Source of the DNA: Phaeosaccion multiseriatum
Lineage: Eukaryota; Protista; Ochrophyta, other classes
DNA: 64,000 bases
Direction: 5' to 3'
Assembly (NCBI GenBank): GCA_965112735.1
Contig: OZ218952.1
Span: 5,022,001 to 5,086,000 of the forward strand
The notes under the pieces were generated by a model. It searched no databases. It saw nothing but the letters and a program-made list of their open reading frames with translations, and had not been told where the DNA came from. Both the position numbers and the translations under genes were made by a program. The first letter of the stretch is position 1. Each line of letters begins with the position of its first letter. This document shows positions 57,168-64,000 of the stretch, piece after piece.

Positions 57168-60137
57168 ATGGAGGCGGATGGAAGTGGGGCTGAGGTTCCC
57201 TCTGCGGGTCTGCCTTCGGCCCCAGCGCCCGCAGTCGAAGCAGCAGGAGAGGCGCCCGTCCCTCCGCCAGCCCTCCCTCTGAGCGACGAGCTCAAGGAAA
57301 TTATAGACAGATTTGCTGATCCCGTGGAAGCTGCTGCCTTTCGCGCCGCAAACGAGAAGGCCCTACCCGCAAGCATGTTCGCCACTTCGTTTGAACTCAC
57401 CACTGGGAAGGGGAGCAACGGCGACGGAGGTGAAGTAGGGAGCGGCGGGGCGACACTGGTGCTTCACCACCCCGCGTGTGAGCTGCACAGCATTGAAGGG
57501 CACCCGGAGAGCCCCAAAAGGTCTGTGGCGTGGCGTGGCGTGGCCGGGCAGAGAGCCGATAGAGCCAGCAGCAGAGATCGCAGTGCAGACACTTTCCCGC
57601 CCTGCTACAAGGGCTCCCTCTTGCTCTCCCACCTCTCCCTCTCCTGTGACTCTCGCCCCCCCCCCCCCTCCCCCTCTTCCTTACCGCTCCCTTCTTGCCC
57701 CTGCCCATTCCATAATTGACGCTGCTGCTCTTCTCTCTCAGAGTGAAGGGTATCATGCGGGCGCTGCGGAAGGCCTTCCCCGACCTGTCCCTCTGCCTGG
57801 CGCCGCAAGTGAAGGAGGAGCACCTCCGGAGAGTGCACCCGCAGCGACACATCGACTTCCTGGACAGGCTGTGCAGGTGCGGTGTGGTGCTGGAGGGGGG
57901 GAAGAGGAAGAAAAGGAGGGGGATGGGGCTCTCACCGACGCAGACAGCAGAGGGCGTATCATTCCAGCAAACAGGGTGGTGGTCCAGCGCGCCGGGTCTG
58001 GAGTATGCAGTCCATGCTTTGTGCTACAGTCAGTAATGCTGTGCGGCCTGTACCAGAAAAGCCCCCACACGCTCTCCTTTATCTCACATCTGTCATGTGC
58101 CGCCCTCCCCAGCCAAGCGGAGCAGCAGGCCAATCTCAGACCACGGCTCAAGCCCTGGGAGCTCGTGCAAGCCATCGATGACGACACCAACATCATGCCC
58201 TTCAGCAGGGAGGCCATCTCCAGGGCGGCGGGTGCCGTGGTGCACGCCGTTGACTGCGTCTTCAAGGGGACGCCCTCTCACTTCCCGCCCTCTCCTTCCG
58301 CGGCCGCTGCTGCTGAAGGAGACGCCGCTGCTGTATCACCAATTGCTGTGCCTGCTGCACGCAACGCGTTCTGCTGCACCCGCCCCCCGGGGCACCACGC
58401 CTCTCAGGCCAGGGCCATGGGCTTCTGCTTCGTCAACAACGCCGCAGTGGGGGCCCTACACGCCCTCGACAAGTACCTGGGGGGCGTGGACAAGGGAGAG
58501 GGCGTGAACCAGCAGGGCACACCCGCCGCGGGGGGGGAGGAGGACCGCTCAAGCATGACCACCAGCTTGAATGTCGGTGACCCCGACGCCAATGTCGATA
58601 ATCCCGATGCCAAAGGTCGAGTGGCGGTGATCGACATTGATGTCCACCACGGTAACGGCTCGCAGGACATTTTTGCCGATGTGCCCCGCGTTTTCTACGG
58701 CTCGACTCATCAGGGGCACGGCTTCTACCCGGGCTCCGGCTGGGGCGATGAGACAGCTTCTAACGTGAGTGCGGGAGTGGGTGGGTGGGTGCGTGAGTGG
58801 GTGGGTGGGTGCGTGAGTGAGTGGGTGCGTGAGTGGGTGCGTGAGATGGAGGATATCTCGCTCTTGTGAAGGGAGCGCTCTCGGACGACAGTGGGACGAC
58901 ATTCACGGCTGTAGTGCAAGGGGACACTGAATCTGACCCTGACCCTGACCCTGACCCTGGTCCTCCCTCCCTCCCTGCCTCCGTCCCTCCCTTCCCCTCG
59001 GCTTCTCCTCGTCCACAGAACTCGTTGTGTAACGTTGAGCTGCGCGACGGTGACGGCAGTGCCGCCTTCCGCAAGGCCTACACTGAGCACGTGTTCCCTG
59101 CCCTCAGGGCCTTCAAGCCGCACCTTATCATCATCAGTGCGGGCTTCGACGCGCACAGCGAAGACCCTCTCGTAAGTGCAGGCAGTGTAGTGGGATGGAT
59201 GGATGGATGGAGGTATGGATAGCAATGTATGGCAGTGTAGTGGGATGGATGGATGGAGGTGTGGATGGCAATGTATGGCAGGGTAGTGGAATGGATGGAT
59301 GGAGGTATGGATGGCAATGTATGGCAGTGTAGTGGGATGGATGGATGGAGGTATGGATGGCAATGTATGGCAGTGTAGTGGGATGGATGGATGGAGGTAT
59401 GGATGGCAATGTATGGCAGTGTAGTGGGATGGATGGATGGAGGTCTGGATGGCAATGTATGGCTGTACGTAGACGGGTGGATGGCAGCATGGGATGGGTA
59501 GACTGGTGGATGGATGGATGGATGGCAATCTATGGCAATCTATCCTAGCCCTTCGACTTTCCTCTCGTTCTAATCGACTGCCATCCCATCCACTGCCATC
59601 CCCTCCACTCCGCTGCCATCCCATCCACTGCCATCCCCTCCCATCCTACAGGCGGGCATACAGCTGCACGCAGACGACTTCCGCTGGGTCACACAGGGGC
59701 TTTGCCTCATCGCGCAGGAACAGGAGCAGTGCGCAGGGCGAGTGGTTTCGGTGCTTGAGGGCGGGTACCACATCGCGGCCATCAGCGCCTCGGCCACGGC
59801 ACATGTGGACGTGCTAAGAGCGGCGTCGAGAGGACAGCTCGAGGACATGATTCAGAAGGATGAGGCCAGAGAGGCGGAGATCGAGGCGGAGCGGGCGGTA
59901 GCGGTGGAGGTAGCGGGAGGAGGAGGAGGGGGAGGAGGAGGAGGAGGAGGAGGAGGAGAGGGTGTGACGACGGGAGTAGAAGCAGCAGCAGCACCAGTAG
60001 CAGAAACAGCACCAGGGGCAGGCGGAGCAGCAGGAGTTGGTGATACAGCAGAAGGCCAATTGGACGGCTTGGTTAAACAGCTGAGTTTGGAGGAGAAGGA
60101 AGAAAGAAGCACGGAGGAACCGCCAGCCCCTCCCTAA
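57168..60137 (+). CDS. Zn-dependent deacetylase (class II HDAC / AcuC-AphA-like), 5 exons
   Basis: [51 protein letters not shown] and VLEGGY motifs are all intact. Confidence 0.93.
59181..59465. repeat. 46-bp intronic minisatellite (GGCAGTGTAGTGGGATGGATGGATGGAGGTATGGATGGCAATGTAT), about 6 copies
   Basis: Starts just after the donor at 59172 in the last deacetylase intron. Confidence 0.9.
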
Positions 60138-60668
60138 TGGGCAGCGAAGGGGAAGGGGAAGGAGGAGGAAGAGGAGGATGAGAAGGGCGTATTTCCCCAC
60201 CAGACACCGAATTCTTTGATTCAATCGTACCGGGTTCTTTGATAGAATTATGGTTGGGCTGGCCCCGCCCGATCCCCTCCCCTTGTGATTCTCCAAAAAT
60301 TCCATCATTTAGTCATGGTGCTTCGTTTGGAGCTCTACTCTTACTCTTCTACCCATCGCGCGCTGAAAGGCCCCCCACCTCCTCCCCCCTCCCTTCAACA
60401 CTCTGTCTAAGCAACACGCAGCCTCTGGCCGACAGGAGCGGACAGGGGCGGACAGGGGCGGGCCTCTTGACAGGGGCGGACCGGCGAGTGGGCAAGTGGG
60501 CCTCTTCTCTGCCCTACAGCCCGCCTCCTGATACCCATATACCCATATACCCATGTGCTCTGGCGCACAGTGCTTTCCTCCTCCCCTCGTTGTCAGGCGT
60601 CAGGAGTCAGGAATCAGAGGTGTGAGGAGCCAGGTGCCAGGAATCAGAGGTGCCAGGAGCCTCAGTCT

Positions 60669-63600
60669 TCAGTCGTCCCTAAGCTTGAGCAGGAGCCTGC
60701 TCGAGAGCTCCGTCCCAACCATCCCCTCGTATTCCGTCAGCAAGGGGGCGAGGAAACGGCGGCTGTCGGCGGTGAGGTGCCGAAGGCTCAGTGGGGCATG
60801 TTGGCCAAGCACGAGCGGGATGGCGTTCAAATCCGCCCCCGACCCCTCCTCCCCCTCCTCCCCCTCCTTCTCCTTCCTCTCCTCCTCTGCCCTCCTCTCG
60901 GCCTTGGTCTCCGCCTCCCCCTCCTTCTGCCCTTGACGTAAGCAATCGGAGAGCACCACGTACTTGCTCGCTTTGAGTGCCTCTTGACAGGCGGAGAGTG
61001 GCACCCACTCGAGCCTTCTTGGGCACAGCAGCGAGGAGGGGCGGTACTCTCCTTTGTAACGCATCTTGACGCAGTCCGGGATGAAGTAACCCATCATGTA
61101 GTATCGAAGCTCACTCTCACACTCACTCTCACACCCACTCTTCGACTGTGACTCTGGTCCCGACTTTGAGGACTCCTCATGCCCGCCACTGCTCTGCAAA
61201 TCCTGCTGACTGCTCTGATGACGCGCCAGGTCGGCCTTGACCCAAGCAATCTCCTCCAGCGCAGTGAGCTTGCCCAGCACGAGGTCCCGATAGGCGGGGT
61301 CGTAGAAGCAGTACACGGAGCTCAGACAGCGTGGCAGTACGTCCACTACCCCCACCGCCACTAGGCGCCCGTCTAGGCGGTAGAGCTGGTGGTAACTCCC
61401 ATAGGGTACAGGGCCGTCCCCGTCTCTGTCTGTGTCCCCGTGTGTGTGCTGCCCACTGCCGTCTCCTCCTCCAGGGATGGATGAGGGCTTTTGGTCCTCC
61501 CCTCCTCCAGCACCGACGCCAACACCAGCACCAGCACCAGCACCAGCACCAGCACCAGCAGTATCGCCGGCAACACCCCCAGAGCCACCGTCAGGCCGCT
61601 CCCCCCCCCCGGCTCTCGTTGCTCTCGTTGCTCTCGTTGCTCTCGTTGCTCTCGTTGCTCTCGTTGCTCTCCGCTTCTCACGGACGAGGGGGCTGTCCAC
61701 GAGGAATCGCTCGAACTGCTTGCGATTCACATCCCCCGGGGGGTCGCCGTGTACGCTCACCTGCGCGGCAGCAAGCAAGGCAAGAAGCAAGCAAGCAAGC
61801 AAGCAAGCAAGCACGCAAGCAAGCAAGCAAGCAAGCAACAAGTCAGGGCGTCCGTTGTCCGGCGACGGGGTGTGAGCAAAGGACAAAGGGCAAAGAGCAA
61901 AGGACAGAGAACAAACGAGCAAAGAGACGCAAGGAGGCGGCCAGAGCCACTGAGACAGGAGCCACTGGGACAAGAGTTATCGGTGCTCTGACCTGGCTCT
62001 TGCTAGTCAGTCCTGTCACCAAGTACCTACTAGTCCTAACCTCGTCCTGTTACCTGGTATTTCTTGTACAGTGCAAACACCTCGGCCGTGTATCTGGCGG
62101 GCACCGTGGTGATGGAGAATGTGGGCTTGCGGTGCTTGGCCTGTTTGGGTATCTGCTCGGGCATTTGCTTGGGCAGCGGCGGAGGAGACACCGCCATCGC
62201 CGCCGGAGAGGCAATTTGAGCTTCAGTTTGAGCCTCAGTCGCACCCTCTTCTCCCTCGTGTGCCGTGGCGAGGGGCGGCGGTAGAGACGCATCTCCCCCT
62301 CTGTCCTGCGGCCCTTCGCCTGAACTCCCTCCACCACCACCCACTTGACTTGCCGCAGCACCGCCCAACCCCCCCCCTGCCGTCGCTATTGTCAATGCTT
62401 CTAGCGTATGTCCTGCGCCCTCCTCGTCGCTGACCCTCATGGCCGTCGCCGGATCCCGTCCCCCCTCGGAGAGCTCCCCCCCGGGGCGCAGCTGGAAGTT
62501 GAGGAAGCCGTTGTCCGCCGCCGTTACGCTGCGCAGCCCCGACGAGAGCAGGGCCGAGGGAGACGTCAGAGAGGCCAGCAACAAGTGGGCGACGTCCACC
62601 GGCCGGAGCACCACATGCTGTTTCCCGCCCTTGCCGCCTTTGCCGCCTTTGCCCTTCCTATTCCCACCTTCGTCTCCGGTTCCGCCATCCCCTCCTCCCC
62701 CCCCCCCCCTCCTCCTCCTCCGCCTCCTCCTCCTCCTTTCCCTGCTGCCGCTGCTGCCCTCTTATTAACCATGGCTGCCAGCTTCATGGCGATGGCCGTG
62801 CTGTAATCCATCACGGGCGCCAGTTGTGACTCCGCGACCCCCCCGCCGGCCCTGATCTTCTGCTTGCCCCGCAGAAGAGAGCTCGGTTTGACCGCCCCCG
62901 CCTTGCCCACCTCCCCTAGGTCCTCTAGCGACACCCCAGGAAGCTTCCCTGCATCCACCACCTCCCACACCGCCTGCCGGACAGCGGCCTCCAGCCTCCG
63001 ACACACCGCGGCCCGCTGTATCACCAACTGCTGCTGCTGCTGTTGACCTGTGGCATCCTTCTGCCCCACCTTCTGTTCTGCCCCCGTCTCCCTCCGATTC
63101 GATGCGTGGGAAGCCTCGCAGGCCCCGTTCGGAGACCGTTCCGCTGATCCTTGTTCCTTGTGTGTCCCCCCCGCGCCTCCCGCCCGCTGTCGCTTCGGCT
63201 TCTTAGAGGGGCCGACCCGCATCCTGCTCTTCTGCCTCTCTGCCTCAACTTCAGCCTCCGTGTAATCGTGGGTCTCCTTATCAGTCTCCTTCTTAGTCTC
63301 CATCTCTGCGCCCCCCTCCTCCCCCTCCTCCAACATACCCTCCAGGCCCCCCTCCAGGCCCCCCTCCAGCAGTCTGCGCAGCTTGCCTTTGACCCTGCGC
63401 TGCTGCTTGTCGGGTGAGAAGTGAGTCACGTCGAGGCGGATGGTGTACTGGGGGCAGCACGTCTGCCGGACAGAGGCAGAGAGGGGGGGGGGTTGGCGAG
63501 AGTAAGAGTCTGCTTCGCGTTCCAGTTTGCCTGTGGTGGGCGCAAATGCAAGGAACGGCCCAGGCTGCGGTACAGTGGCCGACTGATGGCACAGGAGGGA

Positions 63601-63863
63601 GTAAATTGTGAGGGATGAAGCGCACGGGTGAAGTATTGTCTGCACATGACTGTGCAGGACGCTGCAGGACAGGAGCAACAGTGGAGCAGCAGCGGATCAA
63701 CAGCGTAGCAGCAACAGCAGTACCTTGTCCATGATGGGCTTGTAGAGGAAGGTCCCGCTCCTCCTCCAGCCCCGCTCCAGCAGCAGTTGGTAATCCGTCG
63801 CCGTCAAGCGCTCCGCCATCATGCCGTACGACAGGGAGGTCTTCGCCGCGGCCTTGCAGTAGC
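60669..63863 (-). CDS. ATE1: Arginyl-tRNA--protein transferase 1; the 5' exon lies beyond the window
   Basis: GYCK, 'DYQLLLERGWRRSGTFLYKP', 'TCCPQYTIRLD', 'LYKKYQVSVHGD', 'YGSYHQLYRLDGRLVAVGVVDVLPRCLSSVYCFYDP', 'YYMMGYFIPDCVKMRYKGEYRPSSLLCP'. One frameshift in a C13 run (62697-62709). Confidence 0.93.
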
Positions 63864-64000
63864 CTGGGGAGCCGCACAAGGGCGCGATTGGCTGGGGGTT
63901 AGACAGTAGACTCGTTCTGGGAAATGGGTCCCCACGGAACATGGCCTTTTTTGCACACCGCTGGGCGGCGCTAATCCGACGAAAGCTGGGGATGAGGGAA

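Noticed and set aside
62697-62709. Programmed frameshift in ATE1
   Set aside because: The shift falls in a C13 homopolymer, so it is most likely a consensus error; needs a short-read check.

Overview
GC-rich, intron-dense eukaryotic DNA, probably a stramenopile-type protist or alga (weak inference from gene style). Ten spliced genes could be assembled by hand: GGPP synthase (+), a 29-exon MyTH4-FERM myosin (-), COG4 (-), an N-myristoylated PKA regulatory-type subunit (-), kinesin-13 (+), a small Cys-rich secreted protein (-), an ERF2/ZDHHC9-type palmitoyltransferase (+), GNL1 (-), a Zn-dependent deacetylase (+) and ATE1 (-, runs off the window). There is also a frameshifted C-type lectin pseudogene, a partial gene of unknown function, and two nests of mobile-element relics (1-460 and about 21.7-27.8 kb). 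Most ORFs in the supplied track are microsatellite artefacts. The strongest leads are: (1) ATE1 carries an inserted domain resembling the tRNA-Arg-binding N-terminal domain of arginyl-tRNA synthetase; (2) several introns contain copies of their own flanking exon sequence, including a GC-AG intron that looks like a tandem duplication of an AG|GC site; (3) intron 5' and 3' ends use mirror-image motifs (GGCATATGGG after donors, CCCATATGCC before acceptors); (4) unusual tiny elements, namely a 147-bp self-palindromic TG...CA element with a 5-bp TSD, CCC...GGG MITEs with non-TTAA 4-bp target sites forming a composite unit, and a tyrosine-recombinase retroelement 3' end missed by the ORF track. All calls come from manual reading; no searches were run.
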